NCBI RefSeq assembly: GCF_018350175.1
Contig: NC_058378.1
Location: forward strand, 76,508,001-76,572,000
Direction: 5' to 3'
DNA length: 64,000 bases
From: Felis catus
Lineage: Eukaryota
The notes beneath the pieces were generated by a model. That model worked only from the letters and a program-made list of their open reading frames with translations. It made no database searches and had not been told where the DNA came from. The translations under genes were made by a program, and so were the position numbers. Below are positions 12,642 to 23,802 of this stretch, piece after piece; positions within the stretch are counted from its first letter, which is position 1, and the number at the start of each line of letters is the position of its first letter.

Positions 12642-12862
12642 GGGGCGCCTGGGTGGCTCAGTCGGTTGAGTGTCCAACTTCAGCTCAGGTCATGATCTTG
12701 TGGTTCACAAGTTCAAGCTCCACGTCGGGCTCTGTGCTGATAGCTCGGAGCCTGGAGCCTGCTTCAGATTCTGTGTCTCCCTCTCTCTCTGTCCCTCCCC
12801 CGCTCGTGCCCTGTCTCTCTCCGTCTCTCAAAAATAAATAAAAATGTTTAAAAAGATTTAAA
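12642..12862 (+). mobile_element. Can-SINE (SINEC_Fc), full length
   Basis: GGGGCGCCTGGGTGGCTCAG head; 16-bp TSD AAAATGCGAGA(G/C)ATGG. Confidence 0.96.
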
Positions 12863-12882
12863 AAAATGCGAGACATGGCTAA

Positions 12883-13517
12883 TGTCGGGGAGAAGACAAG
12901 AGCCCCGATTAAGGGTGATTGCTCTGTTTTTATTAGGATCAGAAGGCTTACAAACATGGTGATGGACGTGCACAAAAAGACAATGAAACTGTGAACGTGA
13001 GGGAAAAGTGGTCTTGAAGATATGCGGGGTTAGGGGTTTGGGTTAATACAGCCGGGAGGCCAGGAACAAGGTTGTTTACACCAGACTTGAGGCAACACCT
13101 CTATTTATCTAAACTGGTCTAGGGGATGAGAAAGAGTGTGTAACCTCAGGGTGAACGAGGCACCTTTCTCTTTTGTTGATTAGCTCAGCTCTGGGCAACT
13201 TCACCCTGCAGAGTCTAGAGCCCTATTTACCTGTTTACCTAATTTGGTCCTTCCTTGCTGTGAAAGCAGGTTTCTGCTTTAGTACTAAATTGGGGGGTGT
13301 TACCGCCCTGGATACCTAATCTTGTTTCCTCATATATCTTTGTATAGGGCCTCGGCCCCAGCCTCTTGATCCTGGGGCCTGGCCCATCCTCTCTATACTT
13401 ATTTACCTAATCTTGTTTACCCAAACTTGCATGTGAGCATCCTATGGCTTTGTAATTCTTTTTGCCTTGTTAACCCATCAGTGCAGGCTCAGGGAATTTC
13501 AGAGCTTCTTCCCCACA
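12883..13517 (-). mobile_element. Probable ERV solo LTR (~635 bp), family not identified
   Basis: Minus strand reads TGTGGGGAAG...CTAATAAAAACAGAGC...CGGGGCTCTTGTCTTCTCCCCGACA: TG..CA termini, AATAAA ~46 nt before the end, internal repeated TACCTAAT motif. No matching TSD found at these ends. Confidence 0.6.
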
Positions 13518-14119
13518 TGGGAGGGCAGACAGACACTCTTGCTAACCGGACCTAGCCTGGCCTTCCCTGCCAGAGCCATGCAGGAGTTGATCTCATCTGG
13601 GATGAGAATGACACAATGAGCCTATTAGCGAGCATAACTTAGACTAACATGATAATGACTGTCTGCCAGTGCCTTTAGGAATTATACCAAGAGAGACGCA
13701 CTATATCCTTGTTTTAGTAGAATAAGCTGGAGACAAATCATGATTCATTTTCATGTGCAGTTTTGTCAACTGTGAAGCTCCCTCCACCTTAAGCATCTCG
13801 TAAACTGTAATTTGCATCATTTTCTTGTTTTTATTAGCCTTGTTTTACTTCAGACTGAGCAGGTTTGTTTGCTCACTGACTCAACATTTTCCCAAAAAAG
13901 AAAAATGGAAGAGCAGACACTTCTAAGGCTTAGATCCACAGGCTTGAGGCAGTGAGCAGTCTTCCCCATCAAGCAGTCCTGGGATCACCCTTCTTGATCC
14001 TACCCAGGTGCCTTTGCACCTGCTGATCTCCTGAACAGCCCTGTCATCAATTTGCACACCTGGGGATCCTGTTGTTCCTTCTGATGTCTTCTCTGCGAAG
14101 CCTTCCTTGCTCTCCCCAG

Positions 14120-14500
14120 CTGTCTATTCATTCAAAAAATAAAATGTTTGAAATTATGTGACAGTCACTTGCTGGGGCACTGGAAATACCATGGTAGACA
14201 TGGCAGATTTAGGATCTTAGAGTTTAGTGAGAATATAAGACAGAAAAATAAGCAAATAAGCAAACGCAATTATTTCAGCAGTGGTAGGTTATATAAAGAT
14301 AACCGGACACGAAAGATGGAAATGACAGAGGAACTCCCACGTAAGGAAGTGAGAAAAGCCCTCTTTGAAGAGGTGGCTTATAATTTGACCCTTGGAGGAA
14401 GAGAAGGAGCCAGTCAACCTTAGAGGAAGTGAAGATAATTTCAGAACACGTCAAAACCCAAAGAAGGAGGAGTGCAAGTTTGAGGAAATGCAAAAAGCCA
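14120..14500 (-). mobile_element. L2 fragment (a further L2 3' end, plus strand, at ~14640-14705)
   Basis: TATTCATTCAAAA...GCTGGGGCACTGGAAATAC...GAAGAGGTGGCTTATAATTTGACCCTTGGAGGAAGAGAAGGAGCCAG. Confidence 0.55.
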
Positions 14501-14984
14501 GCAGGACCGGGGAGAACATTGATTAAGGGCTCCCCGTCTGTGCCCTCAAAACCTGTTGTGCATACTCCCGGTACAGGGTGCCTGTGGTTCTCTAAGTGGG
14601 GGTCTGGGTATCTGTCTCCTGTCTCTGCTTTAATCATCTGCATCTCCAGCAACTTGGTCCCTGCGGGGCACGCAGTAGGTATACAGCATGTGTTTGTTGA
14701 ATAGAGGAGTCAGTGACTCTGGTCTTGTCTGCACTGGGTGCTTGTTATGTGTCTCCGTGTAAGCTGGTACACGGGAAGGATGCTTGCAGGGTGTGAAGAT
14801 TGGGCAATGGCATCAAGGGGCTGTGGGCCACGGTTTCCGATTGCTGGGATCTTCCCTGGGACTCTCTCTAGTCACAGAATTGCCCAGACTGTGTTTCATG
14901 GCTGGCATGTTGATATTTCCAGCTGTAGTCCTTGCTCTGGTTAATTCTGGCTGCTTGAATAACCACAATACCTTTAGCTTAATG

Positions 14985-15015
14985 CCATAAACGAACACCA
15001 TAAACGAACACCATA
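14985..15015 (+). repeat. 13-bp tandem duplication (CCATAAACGAACA) x2.4
   Basis: Direct reading: copies at 14985-14997 and 14998-15010, then CCATA. Confidence 0.9.
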
Positions 15016-15289
15016 GTCAGCGGGGTGGATAGCCCAGGCTTTGAGGAGGGAACAGACATGAGAGATCATCAATCCAGTCTTCTCATTTTATGAGGATCAG
15101 AGGGAAAAACGACTTACCCAAGGTCGCACAGCTAGCTAATGATTGGAAGGAGACTAGCTAGCACCTGGAGCCCTTGACTCCCAGGTTTTGTTATGTCCAC
15201 TGTCCATCTGGTCTCCACTTATGTCTCACCCCTGTGGCTTCCTCCACATACCCAAGGCTAGGAGGGTGGAGTTGGGGCCGGGGCTCCAG

Positions 15290-15470
15290 AGTCAGGCTGC
15301 CCCACTGCAGATGTCAGCTTCACACATTGAGCAATGCCTCAGTTTCCCCATCTTCAAAATGGGGTAACAGCTAAATTTATCTTTTAGTGCATTGATAATT
15401 AAGATAAATTAAGTAATTCATGCGAAGAACTGGCACTTAGTAAGAACTTCATAAGTGTCAACTCTTATTG
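15290..15470 (+). mobile_element. MIR (an oppositely oriented MIR fragment lies at ~15075-15190)
   Basis: GCCTCAGTTTCCCCATCTTCAAAATGGGGTAACAG...GATAATTAAGATAAAT...GGCACTTAGTAAG. Confidence 0.7.
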
Positions 15471-15999
15471 TCTTTTCTCTGAATACTATTCTAGGGTCAG
15501 CACATGCTTAGCACACATTTTCAACAATCTTTTCCTTTATGTATTTTTTTTCTATTAGCTACTGAACTGGATTTTATTTATCCATCTCTCCCCAGACAGA
15601 TGTCTCCACTGTTGGAGAAATTATAAATCCCAAGCTATTGTTTCCTTATTAAATTTTAGGAAACAACACCACAGCGCTTATGATGTGCTCTTGCCCAATG
15701 CTGACAGTGTCGGAGGGAGGCTTATTATGATTAGAGAAGTTAATTAGTCATGCACAAGCAATGCAAACAGTGTGGAGGAGAAGGGGCCTCTATGGGGAGA
15801 GAAATGGCTTGAATTGTGGTCTTGAAGATGAAATTATAAATGAGACAAGGGATTTCCATGCATAAAATACATCCTCATAATGAGAAATGGAGATGGAAAT
15901 GAGAAAGTTTGGAAAGGCTTCAGTTGTCTAAATGAAACACTAAGCTTCACATCTTATATTTATCAGATGCTTACTGAGGATTTAAATGGAGGGGTAATT

Positions 16000-16160
16000 G
16001 GGTGAGTAGTAGGCGGATGGATGGACAGACAGGTGGATGGGGGAAGGGTAGGCAGGCAGCTGGATGCATGGGGGCTGTGGCTGGATTTGTGGGTGATTTG
16101 ATGGATGGCAGGACAGATGCATGGGGGATGGATAGATGGAGAGGTGGGTAGGTGGATTAG
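16000..16160 (+). repeat. Degenerate (GGAT/GATG)n low-complexity tract
   Basis: Many GGATGG/GATGGA units. Confidence 0.75.
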
Positions 16161-16354
16161 AGCAAAAGCTTCACCTGAGTTTTCACATGCGCTCCTGTGG
16201 AGCTCCATGAAAAATTACAAATAGTATCTCTGTGTGAAGTTAAGTGTTTTATTTCCTCAACTATCAATAAGAAAAACACCAAGTACCAATCAGCCTTGTT
16301 AGAAGGAAGGCAGAATTATCCTTTTATTCTCTGTGTAGAAAATATACAAAATTA

Positions 16355-16519
16355 NNNNNNNNNNNNNNNNNNNNNNNNNNNNNNNNNNNNNNNNNNNNNN
16401 NNNNNNNNNNNNNNNNNNNNNNNNNNNNNNNNNNNNNNNNNNNNNNNNNNNNNNNNNNNNNNNNNNNNNNNNNNNNNNNNNNNNNNNNNNNNNNNNNNNN
16501 NNNNNNNNNNNNNNNNNNN
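16355..16519. other. Assembly gap (165 N)
   Basis: Run of N bases. Confidence 1.
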
Positions 16520-16741
16520 TCCAAAGTTGTATCAGGCAGCTAATTAATAACAAATCATGTAACTCTTCTGGATTTTGTGATGTTAAAATGTATTTGTTAT
16601 AATTTATTTTCTCATTCTAAAAAATATTTACCTTTAAAAAAATTTATTTTTGTGATACTGTAAGCTTTTTCTTAAAGAGGGCACCCAAAAGTGTTTACAT
16701 TTCAGACCCACAAAATGTGGATTGATGCCAAAGCATAACTC

Positions 16742-16814
16742 TTTTTTTGTTTTAATTTGATATAAAGTGAAAGAAAGAGAGAGAGAGCTAGCAGGGGAGA
16801 GGGACGGGGGGGGG

Positions 16815-16864
<50 letters not shown>

Positions 16865-17230
16865 CTGGTTTTTTTTTTATTTTTTTTTCAAAGTTTATTT
16901 ATTTTTGGGACAGAGAGAGACAGAGCATGAACGGGGGAGGGGCAGAGAGAGAGGGAGACACAGAATCGGAAACAGGCTCCAGGCTCTGAGCCATCAGCCC
17001 AGAGCCCGACACGGGGCTCGAACTCCCGGACCGCGAGATCGTGACCTGGCTGAAGTCGGACGCTTAACCGACTGCGCCACCCAGGCGCCCCCTAGAGAGA
17101 GAGAGAATCTTAAGCAGGTTCCATGCTCAGCTCAGAGCCCTACATGGGGCTCAATCCCACGACCCTGGGATCATGGCCTGAGCCAAAATCAAGAGTCTAA
17201 TGGTCAACCAACTAAGCCACACAGGCGCCC
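16742..17230 (-). mobile_element. Older Can-SINE, interrupted by a younger SINE
   Basis: Exact 14-bp TSD CCAAAGCATAACTC at 16728-16741 and 17231-17244; head at 17094-17230, linker and tail at 16742-16866. Confidence 0.92.
16867..17092 (-). mobile_element. Young SINEC_Fc nested in the (AG)n linker of the older SINE
   Basis: Nearly intact CpGs; diagnostics GGCGCAG / AGCCAGGTCACG / GGGCTGATGG; flanked by duplicated AGAGAGAGAGAGAATCT. Confidence 0.96.
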
Positions 17231-18269
17231 CCAAAGCATAACTCCTAACTCTATGGTCCCCACTCTGCCCTTCTTCACTCACACTTGCCAATATTCCAGC
17301 CCTGATTAAACCAGAGCGTCTGTCGCTGACAACCCAAGCCCCTGAACGTGGCTGGAAGAAGATATCCAACCAGGATGGCAGTTTCTGGTTTCAAAATGGA
17401 TCCTTGGCGCTGCTCTACCCTGTGCTGTTTTCTCAGTAAACACACCTTCCCACGATTCTCCACGACTCTTGTCACACCTGCGCTTTCCTCGGACCTCCAA
17501 CATCTTACCCTGTCTACTCTCTTAGCTGATGACTTCTGTTATTTCACTGAGAAAATAGACAGGAACTACCCACCTTCCCCAGTCTATCAATCTGACTCCT
17601 CTGTGCTCTTCTCTTCCTCCTCGGTCACAATGGCACTGTTCGTGTTACTCTGTAAGGCAGCCCCCTCCCTGCCCTGGGCACCAGCCCCATCCCTTCTGGA
17701 AGATGCAAAGAACTGAGAGTAACAGGTGCTTGGGTGTCCCCACCCGTTCCCCTTAGACCATCCTGGAGGCCACTGGGAACAGTTCTCTTTCATGCCAACT
17801 CCACCTGGTCCTCTGCCCTAGGGGGTACTTTGCCCATGGGTCTGGGGGCTTCTGGAAGGGTTGAGGAGCCCTCAGTCAACAGAGGATGAGACTGAGTGGA
17901 GAAAGCTCACCCTTTGTGAAGCAGTTCCGATTCCTAGAGGCGCCAGCTGGACGGAGCCCCAGCGTCTACAGCAGCTAACGCATGCACCCTCTGACTTTCT
18001 TCCCTTTCCTGTCTCACTTTCCCACACCTGCACTGTGCTTATTAGGATCCACCCCTCAAGTAAGCTGCTTGCTTCTGAATCTTTGCTCAGGGTCTCCTTA
18101 GTCTTCAAACCACATCCCAAACCTACTGGGTCCTTACCCTCTTCGCCGGTCTGCCCCACCCTCACCTTGCACCTATAATTTCTTACAAAGCTCTCTCTTT
18201 CTTTCTCTGTTTCCACGGCTACTCCATGTGGTTATTCTGCACAGAGCATCCCGAGGACCTTGATCTTTC

Positions 18270-18306
18270 TTTTTTTTTTTAATTTTTTTTTAATGTTTGA
18301 TTTATT

Positions 18307-18344
<38 letters not shown>

Positions 18345-18510
18345 CATGAGTGGGAGAGGGGCAGAGAGAGGGAGACACAGAATCCGAAGTAGGCTCCTAC
18401 TGTCTGAGCTGTCAGCACAGAGCCCGACATGGAGCTTGAACTTGTGAACCACAAGATCATGACCTGAGCTGAAGTTGGATGCTTAACTGACTGAGCCACC
18501 CAGGCACCCT
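18270..18510 (-). mobile_element. Can-SINE
   Basis: Full-length; 17-bp TSD G(A/G)GGA(C/T)CTTGATCTTTC. Confidence 0.95.
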
Positions 18511-18818
18511 GGGGATCTTGATCTTTCAAGTGCAAATCATGGGACACCCCTGCTTAAAATCCTGTTGCCCATCAAATGTTGAGTAAAATCCAACCAGCTC
18601 CCCACGGCCCCTCCATCTCCTGTCTCTGCCTCATTCCCTGTCCCCCCCTCAGCCAAGCTCTGTCCCCACGGGTCTTTGCTCCTGAATATGCCACTCTCAC
18701 TCCTGCCTCAGACCGTCTGCTTCTGCCTCTACCTCCCCACCTTCCTGTGGCTGACTCCATTGCAGAAGTCAAATCTTGGCTCAAGTGTTTCCTCCTCAGA
18801 AAGGTCGTCCCTCCGAGA

Positions 18819-19306
18819 TAGCAGAAACAATGGTCCCCTAAAGGTGGCACATCCCAGTCCTCAGACACGGTGAATATTTACCTCACGGGGCAATAAGAGC
18901 TTTGTAATTAAATTATGGATCTTGAGATGGAGATATTATCCTGAATTGTTTGGGTGGGTCAATGTAGTCACAATGTCATCCTTAGAAGAGTAGGCAGGAA
19001 GATCAGGGTAAGGACAGAACAGAATGAGGGAGAGGGTAAAGGAGTGGGAGAAGCAGGAGCCAGGAGCCAGGAGAGAGGAGAGGAGAGGATGCTATGTTGC
19101 AGAGGATGAGATCAGGAACCAAGGAAACGGATTCTTCCCTAGAGCCTCTGGAAGGAATGCGGCCCTGCCACCATTTTGATTTTAGGGCTTCTTTGCTCCC
19201 CCCGCCCCACACACACCCACAATGTAAGAGAACAAATTTGTGTTTATTTCAGCCACTAAGTTTGTGTCCATTCATTACAACAACAACAACAACAGGAAAT
19301 GAGCAC
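18819..19306 (+). mobile_element. MLT1D-like MaLR solo LTR with (AAC)n near the 3' end
   Basis: GCAGAAACAATGGTCCCC...GGATCTTGAGATGG...GGAAACGGATTCTTCCCTAGAGCCTCTGGAAGGAATGCGGCCCTGCC...GCCACTAAGTTTGTG. Confidence 0.85.
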
Positions 19307-21212
19307 ACACTTCGTGAATTGCCTTGTGTTTTTCTCCCCATTGTGAGCACAATCTGATTAGTGCCATTTATAATTTGTGTGCTGGTTTATTCCCTATGAC
19401 CCCACCAGAACATAAACTCCAGGAAGGCAGAGACTCCGTTTTGGTCACTACTCTACGCCCAGCAGCACCGGAGGTGGGACCGTGCCTTTGTAAAGTCTGC
19501 GTGGTCCTACAAACGGCCCTTCCCGTCCCATGCCTGACGCTACTTGTACGTGTGATGACGACTGTTCCCCAACATGACCCTTGAAATACGCCTTTTCTTT
19601 ACCGACAGAGACAGACCCTCCCTTGGCCGCACATGCATTTGAGTTGTTCTCCCCAGTATTGGTATGTTTGCCCGGAGCCAGCCATACCTGCTACCTGATT
19701 TTCTCATGGCACTGGAGCAGGTTTTATGCTTGACCAGACACATTCAGGTTATCGCCAATAATGGGAATGATCGGAAGTAAACTTCCCCAAATTAGACAAA
19801 TCAGTGGTAGAGCTGGGCCCCATCGGGTGACCAAGAACACATTTTCATTCTCGAGGCCTCATTATTACGTCCCTCACTCAAGGGGGCCATTTGCCACTCC
19901 CTTCCCTGGAGCTCAACCCTCATGGCAACAATGCCTTCTGCCTATTTTTCTACCACAAACTTCCGTCTACCCTACCATTTCTGCTTCCTCATAGCTTCCG
20001 GGAACATGGAATTTTTACCAACTCCTGGTTTCTACTACCTTCTGATTGCTACGCTCTGCCTTTCAGAGAGGAGTACACGCTTGATTTATGTACCCCAAGC
20101 TGGTTCCTTGTTGCCAACAGTACAAGAAACAGGGGTTTTGTAGGTTTGCAATGGAAACTACTCTTGATCAGATTAACCCACAAGTGACCGAGGCTGCGAC
20201 CTGAACACCAAACAATTTACATGGGGGGGGGGGGGGGTCAGAAATTTATCCTAATTAAAGGAGAAATTACCCTGAATAGCAGCCACAGGCTTCCCAATAT
20301 TAGCATTTTAAAACAATTGAATGCATTCTTTCATCTTTTACGCTGTTATGGACTTTAATGGAGTAAACATAGCAGGGGGAAAAAGTTAGTAAAATATGAA
20401 AGGGAGAAATTAGGCAGACTGCTAATCCTTTAGCAGAATTAAACACCGACGTCTCAAAGGTATTTCTGGGCTGCTTTACAGAAAACAGCTAAATAATTAA
20501 TTCATTTTATGTATCCTCATGTGGCGGCAAATGCCAAATCTCTTTAAAATGTTGTTACATTTGTTTCTGAGTTTCCCTGGAAATTTACACGAGGAAGGGC
20601 TTTTAGGTGGTGGTCTTTAGATTCTCTGAAAGGTTTTAGTGCCGTCATTCAGAGAGAGTAAAAATTATCCTGGCTGCCTGGGCAGCAATCCCTGGCTCTG
20701 GGGGGATTGGGAGGTCCAGGAGTGGAGAGCAGATTGCCATCACTCTAGTTTCTTGGGAGAAATGTCTTCCGATGACAGAAAGGGGAAGATGTGTTGAATC
20801 TCTGAAGCCATCAGCTTGGCTCTGGACACAGGGGTCTGTAGGTGGGCAGATGGGAGAGTTGCCAAAAGCAATCCCAGGGAGGGAGCGGGGCCCCTTACCT
20901 GACCTGGGTCATTCACTTAGGGCAATGCAGTTGTTCATTGACAAACGTCTCTGTACCTGGTGTTGCGCAGAGTATTGGGGTCATGTGAGGGTCAGCAGGC
21001 CAGACCTGGTCCCAGCCCTTTGGGACCTGAATTCCTTTGGGACGATAACTGAGCCCCAAAAACCCGTTTTGGGAAGTGCTGGGGAAACAAACTGTGTTGT
21101 GACCGACAGCAGCAAAAAGAAGGCAAACATACCAGCATTATTATATACTGTGAATGGGCTTTTTATTCACTAAAATAAGAAAGCCTCAGCCTCAGCTGTT
21201 TAAGAATTCCAA

Positions 21213-21445
21213 TTTTATTTTTTATTTTTATTAAAAATTGTTTTAACGTTTATCTGTTTTTGAGAGACAGAAAGACAGAGTGTGAGCGGGGGAGGGGCAG
21301 AGAGAGGGAGACACAGGATCCCAAGCAGGCTTCAGGCTCGAAGCTGTCAGCACAGAGCCCAACATGGGGCTTGAATTCATGAACCATGAGATCATGACCT
21401 GAGTCGAAGTTGGCCGCTCAACCGACTGAGCCACCTGGGTGCCCC
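21213..21445 (-). mobile_element. Can-SINE
   Basis: Ends GAGCCACCTGGGTGCCCC; T-rich tail on the left. Confidence 0.95.
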
Positions 21446-21670
21446 GAGAATTTAAATGATTAAATGGAAGTCATCCAAAATAGGTGATTTGATGAGGTGA
21501 AAAGCAAAAGGCTGAACAAAGATATTGAGCAAAGATTAGCAAATGGTACTAATGTCACACGAGGTTGAATTCAAAGCGAAGGATTAAAACAAGGCAAAGG
21601 TAGCACTTTGTTATAAAGGATATTATTCACAATGGGGCCATAATGATCACCCATCTGGAGCTTCAGATTC

Positions 21671-22131
21671 CGTGGCAGGCAGAGTAATGGTCCCCCCAAA
21701 AATGTCCGTGGACAATTCCTGGAACCTGTAAAAATGTGGCCATGACGAAAGGGACTTTATAGGCGTGTTTAAGTGAAGGATCTTGAGATAGGTTATCCTG
21801 GATTATCCCGGTAGGCCCAGTAATTACAAGAGACCTCCTAAGTAGAAGAGGGGGGCAGCAGAGTCAGAAAATGGGATATAATGAGTGGTGGAGTTTCTGG
21901 CTTTGAAGATGGAAGAGGGTCACAAGCCAAGGAACGTGGCAGCCTCTGAAAAGAGGAAGGCCAGGAAGCAGATTCTCTCCTGGAGCCTTCAGGAGACATG
22001 CAGCCCTGCCAATTCTTTGGTTCTAGCCCAGTGAGTCTTCTGACTTCCAGAACTGTAATATACCACACGTGGGTTGTTTAAGTGCTTACGTTTGTGGTCG
22101 TTTGTCACATCAGCCATAGGAAACTAATACA
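21671..22131 (+). mobile_element. MLT1D-like MaLR solo LTR
   Basis: CGTGGCAGGCAGAGTAATGGTCCCC...GGCTTTGAAGATGGAAGAGGG...CTTCCAGAACTGTAA...CAGCCATAGGAAACTAATACA. Confidence 0.9.
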
Positions 22132-22264
22132 TGTACCAAATGACAAAGTGTCAAGTTATGTAAAGAATAAAGGGCAGGGACAACAGTGAGAAATATACAG
22201 AATCATGAAAGAGATTTTAACTCGTTCACACAGAATTGGGTGTGAGATTGCACGATGCCCATCA

Positions 22265-22585
22265 GAATCTGTGTTCTTCTCTTCTTCCCAAGAACACAAC
22301 TGGACTACATTTCCCAGCTTCTGTTGCAGCTAGATGTGGCCATGTGACAGTCCCAACCAATGTGATGTAACACATTTCTGGGCCAAGGCTTTTAAGAAGC
22401 TCACTCTCCCCTCCCTCCCCCAAGGTAATGATGAGGCCTTGGGAGATGGAGAGGACTTAAGGTAGAAAGAGCTGGGTCCTTGAATCACTTTGTGACCAGT
22501 ACAATTTATGAGAGTGAGAAAAAAAACTTCCGTTGCATTTGAGTCATTGTATATTTGGGGGTCTTTTTGATACAGTAGCCTAGTT
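22265..22585 (+). mobile_element. Old MaLR LTR (MLT1J-like)
   Basis: ACTACATTTCCCAGCTTC...GATGTGGCCATGTGAC...AGTGAGAAAAAAAACTTC...TTTGGGGGTCTTTTTGATACAGTAGC. Confidence 0.7.
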
Positions 22586-22619
22586 GAAGGATCAGGAGAT
22601 ATGGAAAAAAATATCTAAG

Positions 22620-23600
22620 AATTAAAAAGGTTTTGAAAATTATAATTAAGCAAAGGAAACAATCAATAGAACTAAAAGGCAACCTACCGAATGGGAGAAG
22701 ATATTTGCAAATAACATATCTGATAAAGGGTTAGTATCCAATATATATAATGAACTTATCAAACTCAAAACCCCAAAGCCAAATAATCCAATTGAAAAAT
22801 GAGCAGAAGACATGAACAGACAGTTCTTCAAAGATGACATACAGATGGCCAACAGACGTGAAAAGATGCTCAACATCACTCATCATCAGGGAATGCAAAT
22901 CAAAACTACAATGAGATATCACCTCACACCTGTCAGAATGACTAAAAATAAAAAAGTGCAAGAAACAAGTGTTGGTGGGGATGTGGAGAAAAAGAAACCC
23001 CCTTGCACTATCGGTGGGAATGCAAACTGGTGCAGCCACTGTGGAAAACAGCGTGAACTTCCCTCAAAAAATTAAAAATAAAACTACCCTATGATTTAGT
23101 AATTGTACTACTGGGTAATTACCCCCAAAATACAAAAACACTAATTCAAGGGGATATCTGCACCCCTATGTTTATTGCAGCATTATTTATAATAGCCAAA
23201 CTATGGAAGCAGCCCAAGTGCCCATCAACCGATGAATGGATAAGGAAGAGTTGGCATATATATGGAATGGAATGTTATTCGGCCATAAAAAAGAATGAAA
23301 TTTTGCTATTAGCAACAACATGGATGGAGCTAGAAAGTATAATGCTAAGTGAAATAAGCCAGTTAGAGAAAGACAAATACCATGTGATTTCACTCATGTA
23401 TGGAATTTAAGAAACAAAACAAACAAAGGGAAAAAGAGAGAGAGAGGCAAACCAAGAAACAGACTCTTAACTACAGAGAACAAACTGATAGTTACTGGAG
23501 AGGAGGTGGGTGGGGGTATGGGGAAAATAGATGATGGGGATTTAAAAATATACTTACCATGATGAAAAAAATTAAATTTAATTAAATTTAATTTTAAAAA
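22620..23600 (+). mobile_element. Carnivore L1 (L1_Carn/L1_Fc-type), 5'-truncated: ORF2 C-terminus plus 3' UTR, disabled
   Basis: ORF 23168-23410 (MFIAALFIIAKLWKQPKCPSTDEW...ELESIMLSEISQ) is the L1 ORF2 C-terminal region; upstream frames broken by frameshifts. Confidence 0.93.
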
Positions 23601-23607
23601 AGATCTA

Positions 23608-23802
23608 GGGACACCTGGCTGGCTCGGTTGGTTAAGCCTCCAACTCTTGATTTCTGCTCAGGTCATGGTCTCATGGTTCATGAGATCCAGCCCCATGTCA
23701 GGCTCCACTCTGACAGTGCAGAGCCTGCTTGGGATTCTCTCTCTCCCTCTCTCTCTCTCTCTGCTTATCCCCCCCTCTCAAAAAATAAAAAAGTTAAAAA
23801 TT
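23608..23802 (+). mobile_element. Can-SINE, older subtype, directly after the L1 tail
   Basis: GGGACACCTGGCTGGCTCGG...ACTCTTGATTTC head; AAGATC(T/C)A on both flanks. Confidence 0.92.

Larger units (their letters stand above)
17380..19480 (+). mobile_element. Fragmented L2, interrupted by a Can-SINE and an MLT1D-like LTR
   Basis: L2-like blocks: GCTGATGACTTCTGTTATTTCACTGAGAAAATAG; GATCTTTCAAGTGCAAATC...CCCCTGCTTAAAATCC; 3' end ATAAACTCCAGGAAGGCAGAGAC. Confidence 0.65.

Noticed and set aside
12642-12720. tRNA-like A/B-box sequence (recurs at every SINE head)
   Set aside because: tRNA-derived Can-SINE heads, not tRNA genes; they run directly into SINE body and tail.
16197-16553. ORFs spanning the N run
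   Set aside because: Artefacts of the assembly gap.
16520-16727. Possible hAT-type DNA transposon end (…TTTCAGACCCACAAAATGTGGATTGATGCC)
   Set aside because: Resemblance is weak and the other end would fall in or beyond the gap; cannot be supported.
16767-17309. 180-aa ORF and the many MAQSVK.../...EGDTESEAGSRL ORFs across the window
   Set aside because: Translations of Can-SINE sequence and (AG)n linkers.
22646-23410. ORFs with reverse-transcriptase-protein-like C-terminal sequence
   Set aside because: Frameshifted pieces of a 5'-truncated L1 ORF2, not a functional gene; the same applies to ORFs at 9707-10123 and 49160-49726.
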